Assembly (NCBI GenBank): GCA_001657395.1
Contig: LYSY01000012.1
Location: forward strand, 18,909-82,908
Direction: 5' to 3'
Length of the DNA stretch: 64,000 nt
Source: Rhodospirillales bacterium BBD 1991-14
Lineage (GTDB): Bacteria; Pseudomonadota; Alphaproteobacteria; Kiloniellales; Kiloniellaceae
Position 1 is the stretch's first letter. Every line of letters begins with the position of its first letter. Shown one piece after another: positions 43,170 through 53,857 of this stretch. The notes beneath the pieces are model-generated. The model was not told where the DNA came from, did not search any database, and was given only the letters and a program-made list of their open reading frames with translations. The translations under genes and the position numbers were made by a program.

Positions 43170-45410
43170 TTACTTCGCGGCCAGCACCTCGTTGGCGGCA
43201 CCGAGGCGCAGGAACAGGGTCTCGCCCGGCGAGTCGTCGACACCGTCGTTGTCGGTGACCGCGTAGAGCTTTCCGTCGGCAGCGAGGGCAAGGCCCTCCA
43301 CCTTGTCCGCCGTCCAGCCGTTGGCCGCCTTCAGCATCGGCAGCAGGTCCATGGCCAGGGTCTTGGTCAGGACCGGCGGGGCCTCGCCCGGGGCTGCCGG
43401 GGTCACAGCCGACAGGTCCACCTGATAGACCCGCTTTATGGCCGCATTATGACCGGCCTGGTTGTCCCGCTCGAGAATGGCGAAACGGCCGTTGCCGAGT
43501 GCGGTGATCTCGCTGAGGCCGACCCAGCCGCCGTTGGCGCTTTCCGGCGCGTCCAGCGGATAGTGCATGACGCCCCAGGAGTTGCTTGCCAGATCCATCG
43601 TCAGGATCTTGGTCATGCCCTTGGGGTCGTCGTTCCATTCGCGCTGAACGGCGACGTAGAGCCTGTTGTCGTCCAGGGCGACGCCTTCCAGCCCGAAGCG
43701 CTTCTTCGCGGACTCCAGGACCTCCGGCAGGGTGATCTCCCGCGCCACTTCACCGCTCGGCAGGACATGGAGGATCAGGCTGCTGCGCTCCTTCTCCGGG
43801 TGGCCTTCGGAAGCGAGGTAGAAGCTGCCGTCCGGGGCCGTGGCGATGCCTTCCAGATCGAGGTTCTCGACCGGCGCGCCGTTTTTCATCACTGTGCGCG
43901 CGGCGACGATGCGGGCCGGCTCTGCGGAAACATCGATGGTGTAGATCTTCGGCACGCTGTAGAAGCTGTCGCTCACCGCGTAGAGGATGGCGGGGTCGCT
44001 CGGGTTGGCCGCGAGGCCGGAGAGCGCGCCCCAGCCGATGGGGGCGCCCTCTGGCCCGTTCACCGAGACGATCTGGGTCAGATCGGGCCCATCGGCGCCC
44101 TGCTGGTAGAGCGTGATGGTCGAGCGGATGTGGTCTTCGGCGGCATCGTCTTCGTTGGAGATCACGATCAGCCCGCGCTCCCCGATGGTGACGATGCCTT
44201 CGGGCGCAACACCGCCGGAGGGCAGGGCCTGGACGAAATCCATGCGTCCGCTGGGGCCTTGCCCCGCCGCACTGTCGCGGTAGAGGCCCACCAGGTTGGC
44301 GCGCTCGAGACCGACCATCACCAGGCGCTCGCCGGCGAAGATGCCGGCGGCCACGCCCTCGGGCTCGCTGCCCTTCTTGCCGGAGCGCTTCTCGGGATAG
44401 TGCCCGACGGAGGCGGCCAGATGCTCGGTTGCGTTGCCCGAGTCGTACAGCAGCGCGCCCTCGGCTGAGAACACGGAGAAGCCGCGCGATCCGCCCTCGT
44501 AGTCGCCTTCGTTGGCGGTGACGAAGCGGGTGTCGTCCAGCCAGGCCACCGCATCCGGTTCGCGCTTGAGGCCCGTCAGCTCGGCGGTCATGGAGATGAT
44601 GCCGTCGCGCTCGCTGTCGATGCCGCTGAGATCGACGCTGCCGGCGGAGAAGTGATTCACCACCGCGTTGGCGGCAAGGTCGACGATGACCAGGTGATTG
44701 TTCTCCTGCAGGGTCACCACCGCGTGGTTCTGCGTGTTGATGGAAACGAACTCCGGTTCCGGATCGTCCGGCGCCACCTCGGCCAGGCCGGTGAGCTCGG
44801 TCACCGTGACGGCATTGCAGTTCGCCAGGCTGCCGTCGCCGCTGACCTGGAAGCTGGCGAGATAGCCGGCCGGAAGCTGCGGGATGACACCGTCGTTCAG
44901 GTCCTCGTCGCGCTCGTTCTCGATCGCCACGGCCAGGAAGGCGCCGTCGGGGCTGATGGCCACGCTGTCCGGCTGGCCCTTCAGGTCGCAGGTCGCCTTG
45001 ATTTCGTTGGTCGTCAGGTCGATGACCGCGACATGACCGCCGGGCTCGACGAAGCTCTCGGAGGTGTTGACGCCCGCATAGGCATGATTGCCCAGCACCG
45101 CCACCGACGTGGGCTCGCCGCCGAGCATGATCACGCCGGCCGGCCTCGGGTCGGCCGGGTCGGCAATGTCGACCTTGCCGATCGCCTCCAGGGCCGAGTC
45201 CGTGTAGACCAGCATGGTCCCGTCCATGGCCGAAGTGACGATCTCGGCCACTGTCTCGGTGGCGGGGTCGGTTCCTTCCGGGAGGTTGAGGAAAACCGGA
45301 AAGGAAGCGACTCGGGCGAAGGGCTCGGTTGCCTGGGCCGGCGCCATGGCGCCCGGAACAAGCCACGCCGCCCCGGCCGTCAGGCCAGCGGCTACGACTG
45401 TGCGGAACAT
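43170..45410 (-). CDS. Secreted two-module protein: N-terminal beta-propeller (choice-of-anchor-I/LVIVD-like) and C-terminal esterase-like-activity-of-phytase domain
   Basis: Signal peptide MFRTVVAAGLTAGAAWLVPGAMAPAQA (start ATG 45410, GGAGAC upstream). Repeated strand-rich blocks (PDSVAISPDGAFLAVAIENE, EPEFVSINTQNHAVVTLQENN). The C-terminal segment has LEGIATAPDGSFYLASEG and GLEGVALDDNRLYVAVQRE, typical of phytase-like esterase domains. Confidence 0.75.
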   Translation of the reverse strand: MFRTVVAAGLTAGAAWLVPGAMAPAQATEPFARVASFPVFLNLPEGTDPATETVAEIVTSAMDGTMLVYTDSALEAIGKVDIADPADPRPAGVIMLGGEPTSVAVLGNHAYAGVNTSESFVEPGGHVAVIDLTTNEIKATCDLKGQPDSVAISPDGAFLAVAIENERDEDLNDGVIPQLPAGYLASFQVSGDGSLANCNAVTVTELTGLAEVAPDDPEPEFVSINTQNHAVVTLQENNHLVIVDLAANAVVNHFSAGSVDLSGIDSERDGIISMTAELTGLKREPDAVAWLDDTRFVTANEGDYEGGSRGFSVFSAEGALLYDSGNATEHLAASVGHYPEKRSGKKGSEPEGVAAGIFAGERLVMVGLERANLVGLYRDSAAGQGPSGRMDFVQALPSGGVAPEGIVTIGERGLIVISNEDDAAEDHIRSTITLYQQGADGPDLTQIVSVNGPEGAPIGWGALSGLAANPSDPAILYAVSDSFYSVPKIYTIDVSAEPARIVAARTVMKNGAPVENLDLEGIATAPDGSFYLASEGHPEKERSSLILHVLPSGEVAREITLPEVLESAKKRFGLEGVALDDNRLYVAVQREWNDDPKGMTKILTMDLASNSWGVMHYPLDAPESANGGWVGLSEITALGNGRFAILERDNQAGHNAAIKRVYQVDLSAVTPAAPGEAPPVLTKTLAMDLLPMLKAANGWTADKVEGLALAADGKLYAVTDNDGVDDSPGETLFLRLGAANEVLAAK

Positions 45411-45591
45411 TGGAGTCTCCCTGTACGTCTGGATCAGCCTGCTGATGAGGCGGCGAATGGATACGCTCGCGCACTCTGGCCTGCCTCTGCGACGCACGGA
45501 TGAAGAATTCATGTCAGAATTATTGCATTGTCCACAGGCGCAGTTCCCTGGCGTCTGCACGCAACAAAGTGCGTGCCCGACTCAACGCTTT

Positions 45592-46284
45592 TCAGCGCTT
45601 CAGGTGCGCGGCCGTCTGATTGAACAGCAGGCTGTTGTTGGAGGCATTCTGCTGTCCGCGGTTCTGCTTGTCCTTGTAAAGCTCGATGGCGCGCTGCACT
45701 GCCGGACGCTGTTTGATCCGGCCCCGCCAGTCGGCAATGCGCGGGAAGTCGTCGAGGGCGGCCCCCAGCGGCTTGGCGATGAAGGCCCAGGGAAACGCCA
45801 TCATGTCGGCAATCGAATAGGCGTCGAGGATGTAGTCCCGGCCTTCGAGCCTGCGCTCCAGGACCGCCAGGTTGCGTTCGTATTCCCCGAGGTAGCGCTT
45901 GAAGCCGTAGTCCTCGCCATCGGGCGCGTAGTTCTTGAAGTGGCTCAGCTGCCCGGCCATGGGCCCCTGGTTGGCGCTCTGCCAGAACAGCCATTCCAGG
46001 GTTTCCTTGCGCCCCAGGGCGTCCCTGGGCATGAAGCGGCCGGTCTTTTCGGCCAGATAGAACAGGATCGCACCGCTTTCGAAGACCGGGACCGGATCGC
46101 CGACAACGCCGTGGTCGACGATGGCAGGCATCTTGGCATTGGGGCTGATGGCCAGGTAGTCGGGCTTGAACTGATCGCCCTTGGCCAGCTTCAGCAGATG
46201 TGTGCGGTACTCCAGGCTGCACTCCTCCAACATGATGGCGATCTTCCATCCGTTGGGGGTGGGGGCGTAGTAGAGCTCGATCAT
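45592..46284 (-). CDS. Glutathione S-transferase family protein (Nu/YfcG-YghU-like)
   Basis: MIELYYAPTPNGWKIAIMLEE...AISPNAKMPAIVDH...VFESGAILFYLAEK is the classic GST N-domain. ATGA overlap with the upstream CoA-transferase. Confidence 0.88.
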   Translation of the reverse strand: MIELYYAPTPNGWKIAIMLEECSLEYRTHLLKLAKGDQFKPDYLAISPNAKMPAIVDHGVVGDPVPVFESGAILFYLAEKTGRFMPRDALGRKETLEWLFWQSANQGPMAGQLSHFKNYAPDGEDYGFKRYLGEYERNLAVLERRLEGRDYILDAYSIADMMAFPWAFIAKPLGAALDDFPRIADWRGRIKQRPAVQRAIELYKDKQNRGQQNASNNSLLFNQTAAHLKR

Positions 46285-47495
46285 GCCGCGTCCTCATCCG
46301 CCGGGGCGCCTTCAAAGGCGGCACCGCCGGTGAGCATGGCTTCGATTTCGCCGGCGGCGAAGCCGGCCTCGGCCAGGACTGCCCGGGTATGGGCGCCCAG
46401 GGCCGGGGCGCCGCTGCGCCGGTCGGCCGGGGTGGCCGAGAAGACCGCGGGGTTACGCGCCTGGCGCAGGCGCCCGGCCTGGGGATGGTCGTGTTCCACG
46501 ACAATTCCGTTGGCCTCGACCTGCGGATGGCGGATCGCCTCGCGCCGGGTCAGTACCGGCGCGCAGGGCACGCCCGCCGCCTCCAGACGTTCGATCCACT
46601 CCGCCGTCGTGCGTTCGCGCAGCACCGATTGCGTCAGCTCCAGGCGCGCGTTCTTGTGGGCATCGAGCCCTTCGGAGTTCTGGAAGCGCGGGTCCTCGAT
46701 CCATTCCGGCCGCTCCGCCGCCCGGGCCAGGGCCAGCCACTCCTTGTGGCGCATCACCGCGACGCTGATGAAGCCGTCCCGGGTTTCGTAGATCAGGTCG
46801 ATCCAGCTCTGCGCCACCTCCTTTTCCATCTCGTCGCCGACAAAGGTGTGGCCGCCCATGTCGGAGCCCCAGAGGAAGGCCAGCACGGTGTCCAGCATGG
46901 AAAGCTGGATGTGCTGTCCTTCGCCCGTGCGGCTGCGGGCCAGCAGGGCGGCACAGACCGCCTGGGCCAGGGTGAAGCCGGTCAGCTTGTCGGGCAGGAT
47001 CGTGCGGACAAGCTTCGGGCGCTCCTCGTCGGAGCCGGCCTGCACGGTGGTGAGGCCGGAGAGCGACTGGATCAGCGGGTCGAAGACAGGCTTCTGGGCG
47101 AAGGGCCCCTCGAAGCCGAAGCCGCTGATGGAGGCATAGACCAGGCGGGGGTTGATCTCCCGCAGGGTTTGGTAGCCGAGGCCCAGCCGCTCGATCACCC
47201 CCGGGCGGAAGTTCTGCGCGAAGACGTCGGCCTCGCGCACCAGCCGTTTCACGGCCTCCAGGCCCTCGGGCGTCTTCAGGTCGAGCGCGATTGAGCGCTT
47301 GTTGCGGTTGTTGTTGAGGAAGGAGGCTGAAAAGCCGTTGCGGCGGGTGGCGACCTGGCGCGTGTGGTCGCCGCCGCTGGGCGTCTCCACCTTGATCACG
47401 TCGGCGCCCTGGTCTGCCAGGATCATGGTGCCAAGCGGCCCGGAAACCATGTTCGTCAGGTCGATCACCCTGAAACCCTCGAGCGGTCCCGCCAT
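46281..47495 (-). CDS. Family III CoA-transferase (CaiB/BaiF family)
   Basis: GPLEGFRVIDLTNMVSGPLGTMILADQGADVIKVE plus FDPLIQSLSG, typical of the family. Start set at ATG 47495 (GGAGGA upstream) inside ORF 46281..47747. Confidence 0.88.
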   Translation of the reverse strand: MAGPLEGFRVIDLTNMVSGPLGTMILADQGADVIKVETPSGGDHTRQVATRRNGFSASFLNNNRNKRSIALDLKTPEGLEAVKRLVREADVFAQNFRPGVIERLGLGYQTLREINPRLVYASISGFGFEGPFAQKPVFDPLIQSLSGLTTVQAGSDEERPKLVRTILPDKLTGFTLAQAVCAALLARSRTGEGQHIQLSMLDTVLAFLWGSDMGGHTFVGDEMEKEVAQSWIDLIYETRDGFISVAVMRHKEWLALARAAERPEWIEDPRFQNSEGLDAHKNARLELTQSVLRERTTAEWIERLEAAGVPCAPVLTRREAIRHPQVEANGIVVEHDHPQAGRLRQARNPAVFSATPADRRSGAPALGAHTRAVLAEAGFAAGEIEAMLTGGAAFEGAPADEDAA

Positions 47496-47629
47496 ATGCT
47501 CATCCTCCGCAGCACTGTCCTGCGGCCCATTCTGGCAGCTAATCGCGCCTTTGTGCAGCATGCCGTTCGGCCGGCTCTTCCGGGGCCTGTCTTGATGCGC
47601 CTTGATGTCGGCGCCCGGGCTGGGGCACC

Positions 47630-48334
47630 TTGCAGGCCGCGGCTGTGATTCGACAGCGATCCGATCCCGACGCGCGAGGTGACGGCACCGTGGATCCTTT
47701 GACCTGGCATGCTGTCCTGATGCTGGCGGCCTGGTTGGTCCTGGCACCCCTGGGCGTCCTGCTGGCGCGCTTCTTCAAGATCACGCCGCGGCAGGACTGG
47801 CCGCGTCAGTTGGACAACCGCTTGTGGTGGCACGGCCATCTGGCCTGCGGCTACCTGTCGGTGGCCGTGATCGTTCTCGCCGTTGTGCTGGCGGTCTGGG
47901 CGAGCGGCGGGTTTGAGTTCTCGACCCACGGGGTTGCCGGATCGCTGGCATCGGCACTGGCCGTCCTGCAGGTGCTCAGCGGCTGGTTGCGGGGCAGCAA
48001 GGGCGGCCCGACCGACAACGGGGCGGTACCAGACGATCCCTCCACGTGGCGCGGCGATCACTATGACATGACCCCGCGCCGGCTTGCCTTTGAAGCCTGG
48101 CACAAGACTGCCGGCTACGCGGCGCTGGTGCTGGCCGTTGCGGCGACGGTCACCGGGCTCGATCTGCTGGGCTGGCGCGACGCCCTGCTGTCCTGGCTGC
48201 TCGCGCTGCTGCTGGTCTACCTTGCAGTCTTTGTTCTGCTGCAGCGTGCCGGCCTGAAAAGCGACACCTACCGGGCCATCTGGGGACCGGACGAGCGGCA
48301 TCCGGGCAACCGTCGGGACCCGCGCCAGCGGTAG
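47630..48334 (+). CDS. Cytochrome b561-like membrane protein (four His-bearing TM helices)
   Basis: TM helices carry conserved-looking His (WHAVLMLAAW, WWHGHLACGY, HGVAGSLASA, WHKTAGYAAL). The start is uncertain (TTG 47630 or GTG 47645). Confidence 0.5.
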   Translation: MQAAAVIRQRSDPDARGDGTVDPLTWHAVLMLAAWLVLAPLGVLLARFFKITPRQDWPRQLDNRLWWHGHLACGYLSVAVIVLAVVLAVWASGGFEFSTHGVAGSLASALAVLQVLSGWLRGSKGGPTDNGAVPDDPSTWRGDHYDMTPRRLAFEAWHKTAGYAALVLAVAATVTGLDLLGWRDALLSWLLALLLVYLAVFVLLQRAGLKSDTYRAIWGPDERHPGNRRDPRQR

Positions 48335-48366
48335 CGGGATTGGGGACGGTTAGCGGTCCTTGGCCT

Positions 48367-49407
48367 TCACGTCGTCGCCCCCTCGATGAGTTCGAACCCT
48401 GCGTCTGTGACGCGCGGCGGCTTCTTGCCGTTGAGCCTGTCGAGAACGCGCTGGGCACTCAGGCATCCCATCTTGTAGCGCGGGGAGCGCACCGTGGTAA
48501 GGGGCAGGGGCATGGCCTGGCCGATCTCCAGGCCGCTGAAACTCGCGATGGCGATCTTCTCAGGAACTGGGATTCCCTCCGCCAGGCAGTACATCAATGC
48601 GCCACTCGCCACGGCGTCGTTGGAGAGGTAAACGGCCTCGATCCGCGGCGACTGGGCCAGCAGATCCGCGAAATGCCGCCGACCAAGCGCCACGCTCGAC
48701 GGTTCGTCGACCGTCGATTTGGCGACCAGTTCTCCGCCGCCTTGCGTGATGGTCTCGAGAAAGCCCTTGAAACGCTTGCCGGCCGCTTTGTCGGCCTCCA
48801 GGTCGCAGCCCAGATAGGCAAAGCGCCGATAGCCTTTCTTCAAAAGCCTGGTGGCGGTGGCGGCGCCGGCCTTGCGGTGGTTCAGCCCGACACACATGTC
48901 GATGGGGTTCCGGGTCAGCTCCATGACCTCGACGATCGGTGCCGGAGAAGCAGTCAACAGGTTCACGACATCAGGGTGATGATAGGCGTTGGTGATGATG
49001 ATGCCGGCCGGCCGCCAGGAAATCATCGCAGCAACCAGCTTGGCCTCGCGCTTCAGGCTGTACTCGGAAACGCCGATGACCGCCTGATAGCCGGCGCCTT
49101 CCAGCGTGTCGGTGATGCCGGCCAGCAGCTCCGGGAACACGATGTTGCGCAGCGAGGGAATGATCACGGCCAGCTGCATCGACTTCGCCGAGGCCAGGGC
49201 GGCGGCCATCCGGTTGGGGACGTAGCCGAGGGACTGCACTGCCTCCAGCACCCTGGCCCGGGTCTTTTGCGAGACGTTGGTCTTGCCGCGCAGCACGCGG
49301 GACACGGTCATCTCGCTGACCCGGGCGGTCGCGGCCACCTCGCTCAGGGTCCCGGAGCCAGTGGACATCCGTTTTGCCGACCTGTCGCGTGCCTGTCTTT
49401 TCGCCAT
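48367..49407 (-). CDS. LacI family transcriptional regulator
   Basis: N-terminal HTH TLSEVAATARVSEMTVSRVLRGKTNVSQKTRARVLEAVQSLGYVPN plus a periplasmic-binding-protein-like effector domain. Confidence 0.9.
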   Translation of the reverse strand: MAKRQARDRSAKRMSTGSGTLSEVAATARVSEMTVSRVLRGKTNVSQKTRARVLEAVQSLGYVPNRMAAALASAKSMQLAVIIPSLRNIVFPELLAGITDTLEGAGYQAVIGVSEYSLKREAKLVAAMISWRPAGIIITNAYHHPDVVNLLTASPAPIVEVMELTRNPIDMCVGLNHRKAGAATATRLLKKGYRRFAYLGCDLEADKAAGKRFKGFLETITQGGGELVAKSTVDEPSSVALGRRHFADLLAQSPRIEAVYLSNDAVASGALMYCLAEGIPVPEKIAIASFSGLEIGQAMPLPLTTVRSPRYKMGCLSAQRVLDRLNGKKPPRVTDAGFELIEGATT

Positions 49408-49427
49408 CCTGCCCCATCCCGGGCGGT

Positions 49428-49450
49428 AAAATGTTAGCGTATGACATTTT
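49428..49450. promoter_or_regulatory. Inverted repeat AAAATGT-N9-ACATTTT; candidate LacI-family operator
   Basis: 7-bp perfect arms at 49428-49434 and 49444-49450 in an AT-rich patch between the divergent LacI gene and the ABC operon. Confidence 0.35.
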
Positions 49451-49534
49451 TGCGTTGCTGCGCCAGCGGAAAGCTTGCTAGCCTAGCTGAAACGGTCGCG
49501 AAAAGTGGGCCGGAGAACTGGGAGGACGCGGCTC

Positions 49535-50626
<1,092 letters not shown>

Positions 50627-50675
50627 CGCGGTCGGGCGAAGACTCAACAACCAGAACCCTGGATGGGAGGACGAG

Positions 50676-52025
50676 ATGCAGAGAGTGTTCATTATGGCCG
50701 CCGGCCCGATCGCCGCGCTCGCCTTGGGGGCCGCCGTTGCCAGCAGCCCTGCAGCCGCCAATCCCTACGAGAAGTACGAAGGGACCACCATCGTGGTCAG
50801 CTGGCCGGCGCTCAGTCATTTCCAGAAGGCCGAGACCCTGGTGGAGGAGTTCACCGAGGAGACCGGGATCGAGGTCGAGATCGATGCGCTGCAGTACCTG
50901 AAGCTGCGCGACCGGCAGATCCTGGAGATGTCCAAGAGGGAGGGCGAGTACGACGTCGTCTCCTGGGTCGTGATGTGGAAGGGCGAGTATGTCTCCAAGG
51001 GGCTGCTGACGCCGCTGAGCCAGATGTTCACCAACGGCGCCCTGGTCGACCCTGCCTACGACATCGACGACATTGCCGATGCCTACTTGCAGAACGGCGG
51101 CATCGTCGGCGGCAAGAAGGGCTATATGCCCGGCAAGTCCGGCGGGCTCTACGGCATCCCCTTCGGAGCCGAGACCTCCATCATGGCCTACCGCAAGGAT
51201 CTGCTTGAGCAGGCCGGCATCGAGCCGCCGAAGACCTATGACGAGTTGCGCGCAGCGCTGCCGGTGATCAAGGAGAAGACCGGCGTCGGCGCCCTGACCT
51301 CGCGTGGCAAGACCGGCCACCAGGTGACGGCCGGTTGGCTGCTGCACTTGGCACCGCTGGGCGGCAAGATCTTCGATGACAACTGGAACCCGGTGTTCAA
51401 CAACGCCGCCGGCGTGGAGGCGGCGCAGATCATGCGGGAGATCACCCAGACCGGCCCCACCGGCATTCCCTCCTATGGTTTCTCGGAGGCCTCGGCTGCC
51501 TTTTTGCAGGGCGATGCCGCCATGTACATCGATACGCTGAAGATCGCCGCCATGTCGCGCGACCCCAAGCTCTCCAAGGTCGACGGCAAGGTCGGTTTCG
51601 CGCTGCATCCGGTCGGGTCGCGCTGCGGGTCGGAGACGGGCGGCTTTGCAGTCGGCATTCCGGCCAACAGCCAGAACAAGGAGGCAGCCTTCCTCTTCAT
51701 CCAGTACATCACCTCCAAGGCCGGCGACAAGCGCATGGTGGAGCTTGGCGGCGACCCGATCCGCATCTCGACGATCGAGCACTTCGCCGGCCAGTTCCCG
51801 GAGTACCCGGTGGTGGCCGAGCAGCTTCCCTGCGCCGACCCGGACTGGCGTCCGCTGATCCCGGAGTGGAACGAGCTGAACATCGACGTCCTGGGCCAGG
51901 CACTGACCGAGGTGATCACCACCGACAAGCCGATCCAGCCGATCATGGACGCGGCGGCGGAAAAGGCGCGCGCCATCATGGAGCGTGAAGGCTACTACGC
52001 CTGGTCGGATTATCGGCGGCAGTAG
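50676..52025 (+). CDS. ABC transporter extracellular solute-binding protein (family 1, carbohydrate type)
   Basis: Signal peptide MQRVFIMAAGPIAALALGAAVASSPAAA, about 450 aa, SBP_bac_1-like layout. Confidence 0.88.
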   Translation: MQRVFIMAAGPIAALALGAAVASSPAAANPYEKYEGTTIVVSWPALSHFQKAETLVEEFTEETGIEVEIDALQYLKLRDRQILEMSKREGEYDVVSWVVMWKGEYVSKGLLTPLSQMFTNGALVDPAYDIDDIADAYLQNGGIVGGKKGYMPGKSGGLYGIPFGAETSIMAYRKDLLEQAGIEPPKTYDELRAALPVIKEKTGVGALTSRGKTGHQVTAGWLLHLAPLGGKIFDDNWNPVFNNAAGVEAAQIMREITQTGPTGIPSYGFSEASAAFLQGDAAMYIDTLKIAAMSRDPKLSKVDGKVGFALHPVGSRCGSETGGFAVGIPANSQNKEAAFLFIQYITSKAGDKRMVELGGDPIRISTIEHFAGQFPEYPVVAEQLPCADPDWRPLIPEWNELNIDVLGQALTEVITTDKPIQPIMDAAAEKARAIMEREGYYAWSDYRRQ

Positions 52026-52088
52026 GGACCGGAGAGGAGGGGCGGCCGAAGCCGCTCCTCTTCCGGGGCACCTGCCGGGAAAGGCGTC

Positions 52089-53021
52089 ATGGCTGAGAGC
52101 AGCGCAAGCCGTGTGAACGTCATTGAGCAGCCCCGCTTCGACACGCGGGTGCTGACGCCCTACTTCTTTATCCTGCCGGCGGTCCTGGTGATGATGGCCG
52201 GCCTGCTCTACCCGGTCATCGACGCCTTCTACCTCTCGTTCTTCGACTGGAAGATCGGCACGCCTTTCTCCAAGGCGGAGCACGTCGGGCTGGACAACTA
52301 TGCGCGCATGCTGGGCGACCCGGATGTCTGGGAATCGCTTTGGGTGACCTTCCGCTTCGGCTTCTGGACCATTTCCATCGAGATGATCCTCGGCGTGGCG
52401 CTGGCGCTGATGCTGGAAAAGCCGATCCGCGGGGCCAGCGTCTTCCGCACCATCTTCATCCTGCCGCTCATGGTCTCGCCGGTCGTGGTCGGCCTGATCT
52501 GGCGCTATCTCTTCGACGCCCGGGTCGGCTGGGTCAATTACTACCTCGGCCAATGGTTCGGGATCGAGCCCCAGGTCTGGCTGGGGGACGCGGATCTGGC
52601 TTTTTTCGCCATCGTCTTCACCGACATCTGGCAGTGGACGCCCTTCATCTTCATCATTGTCATCGCCGGCCTCCAGGCCCTGCCCTCGGAAGTGCTGGAG
52701 GCCTCGCGCATCGACGGTGCCAACTGGTGGCAGCAGATCTTCCTGGTGAAGCTGCCGATGATCCGCTCGATCCTGGTGATCGCCCTGCTGATGCGCCTGA
52801 TCGATGTCTTCCGGGCATTGGAGGTCATGTACATCATGACCGGCGGCGGCCCGGGGCGGGCGACAGAGCTGTTGTCCCTCCACATCTACAACCGCGCGTT
52901 CGACGCGCAACTGCTGGGCTATGCCTCGGCGATCTCGGTTCTGCTGATCGTGATCGTCTTCCTGCTGAGCCTCGGCATCCTGCTCCTGTCCAATCCGATG
53001 AAGGACAAGTCCGATGTTTAG
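52089..53021 (+). CDS. Carbohydrate ABC transporter permease (MalF/UgpA-like)
   Basis: Six TM with the EAA loop EASRIDGANWWQQIFLVKLPMI. Confidence 0.9.
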   Translation: MAESSASRVNVIEQPRFDTRVLTPYFFILPAVLVMMAGLLYPVIDAFYLSFFDWKIGTPFSKAEHVGLDNYARMLGDPDVWESLWVTFRFGFWTISIEMILGVALALMLEKPIRGASVFRTIFILPLMVSPVVVGLIWRYLFDARVGWVNYYLGQWFGIEPQVWLGDADLAFFAIVFTDIWQWTPFIFIIVIAGLQALPSEVLEASRIDGANWWQQIFLVKLPMIRSILVIALLMRLIDVFRALEVMYIMTGGGPGRATELLSLHIYNRAFDAQLLGYASAISVLLIVIVFLLSLGILLLSNPMKDKSDV

Positions 53022-53853
53022 CGATCGTCTCGACAACCCGGCGAAGACTTGGATGCATTACGGCGGCCTTATCCTTCTGGCCGCGATCTGTCTGATGCCG
53101 ATCTGGGTGATGATCTCCACCTCGCTGAAGAACGAGGTGCTGATCTTCGACGGCAGGCCGGTCTGGTTCTTCTTCTTTCCCACCATGGAGAACTACGAGT
53201 ACATCCTGACCCGCGGCAGGTTCGACCGCTATCTCATCAATTCCGTCATCGTCGCCACCATCTCCACCTTCCTCACGCTCTTCCTGGGCGGGCTCTGCGC
53301 CTATGCTCTTGCGCGCACCGAATTCCGCGGGCGGCGCCTGGTTGCCAATGCCACCTTGCTGGTGCGCATGGTGCCGCCGGCGGTCCTCGCTGTGCCGGCC
53401 TTTGCCATGGTGGCGACCTTCAGCCTCGACAACGATCTGGCTGTCCTGATCTTCTTCTATACCGCCCTCAATCTGCCCTTCGCCATCTGGCTGCTGTTCG
53501 GCTTTTACAAGCAGATTCCTGTAGAACTGGAGGAAGCCGCGATCGTCGACGGCGCATCGCCGCTGCAGGTCTTCTTCCGGGTCCTGCTGCCGCTGATGAA
53601 GTCCGGCTATGCGGTGGCCGGCATCTTCGCCTTCCGCATCGCCTGGAACGAATTCATCCTCGCGTTGCTGCTGACCGGGCGCAAGACCCGGACCTTGCCG
53701 GTGGGCGCCGCCGGCTTCATCACCGATACCGGGGTCGAATGGGGCCGTATCATGGCCATGGGCACGCTGATCGTCATTCCGCCGCTGCTCTTCACCTTCT
53801 TCGCGGCGCGACAGATCATCGCCGGCATGACCGCCGGCGCCGTGAAAGGCTAG
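53014..53853 (+). CDS. Carbohydrate ABC transporter permease (MalG/UgpE-like)
   Basis: Six TM with the EAA loop EAAIVDGASPLQVFFRVLLPLM. 8-nt overlap with the upstream permease. Confidence 0.9.
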   Translation: MFSDRLDNPAKTWMHYGGLILLAAICLMPIWVMISTSLKNEVLIFDGRPVWFFFFPTMENYEYILTRGRFDRYLINSVIVATISTFLTLFLGGLCAYALARTEFRGRRLVANATLLVRMVPPAVLAVPAFAMVATFSLDNDLAVLIFFYTALNLPFAIWLLFGFYKQIPVELEEAAIVDGASPLQVFFRVLLPLMKSGYAVAGIFAFRIAWNEFILALLLTGRKTRTLPVGAAGFITDTGVEWGRIMAMGTLIVIPPLLFTFFAARQIIAGMTAGAVKG

Positions 53854-53857
53854 GACC

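Noticed and set aside
43750-45474. 574-aa alternative-frame ORF on the minus strand inside the beta-propeller/phytase-like gene
   Set aside because: It lies on the same strand but out of frame. Its translation is extremely Arg/Gly/Pro-rich, whereas frame 43170..45410 gives a signal peptide and domain-like sequence.
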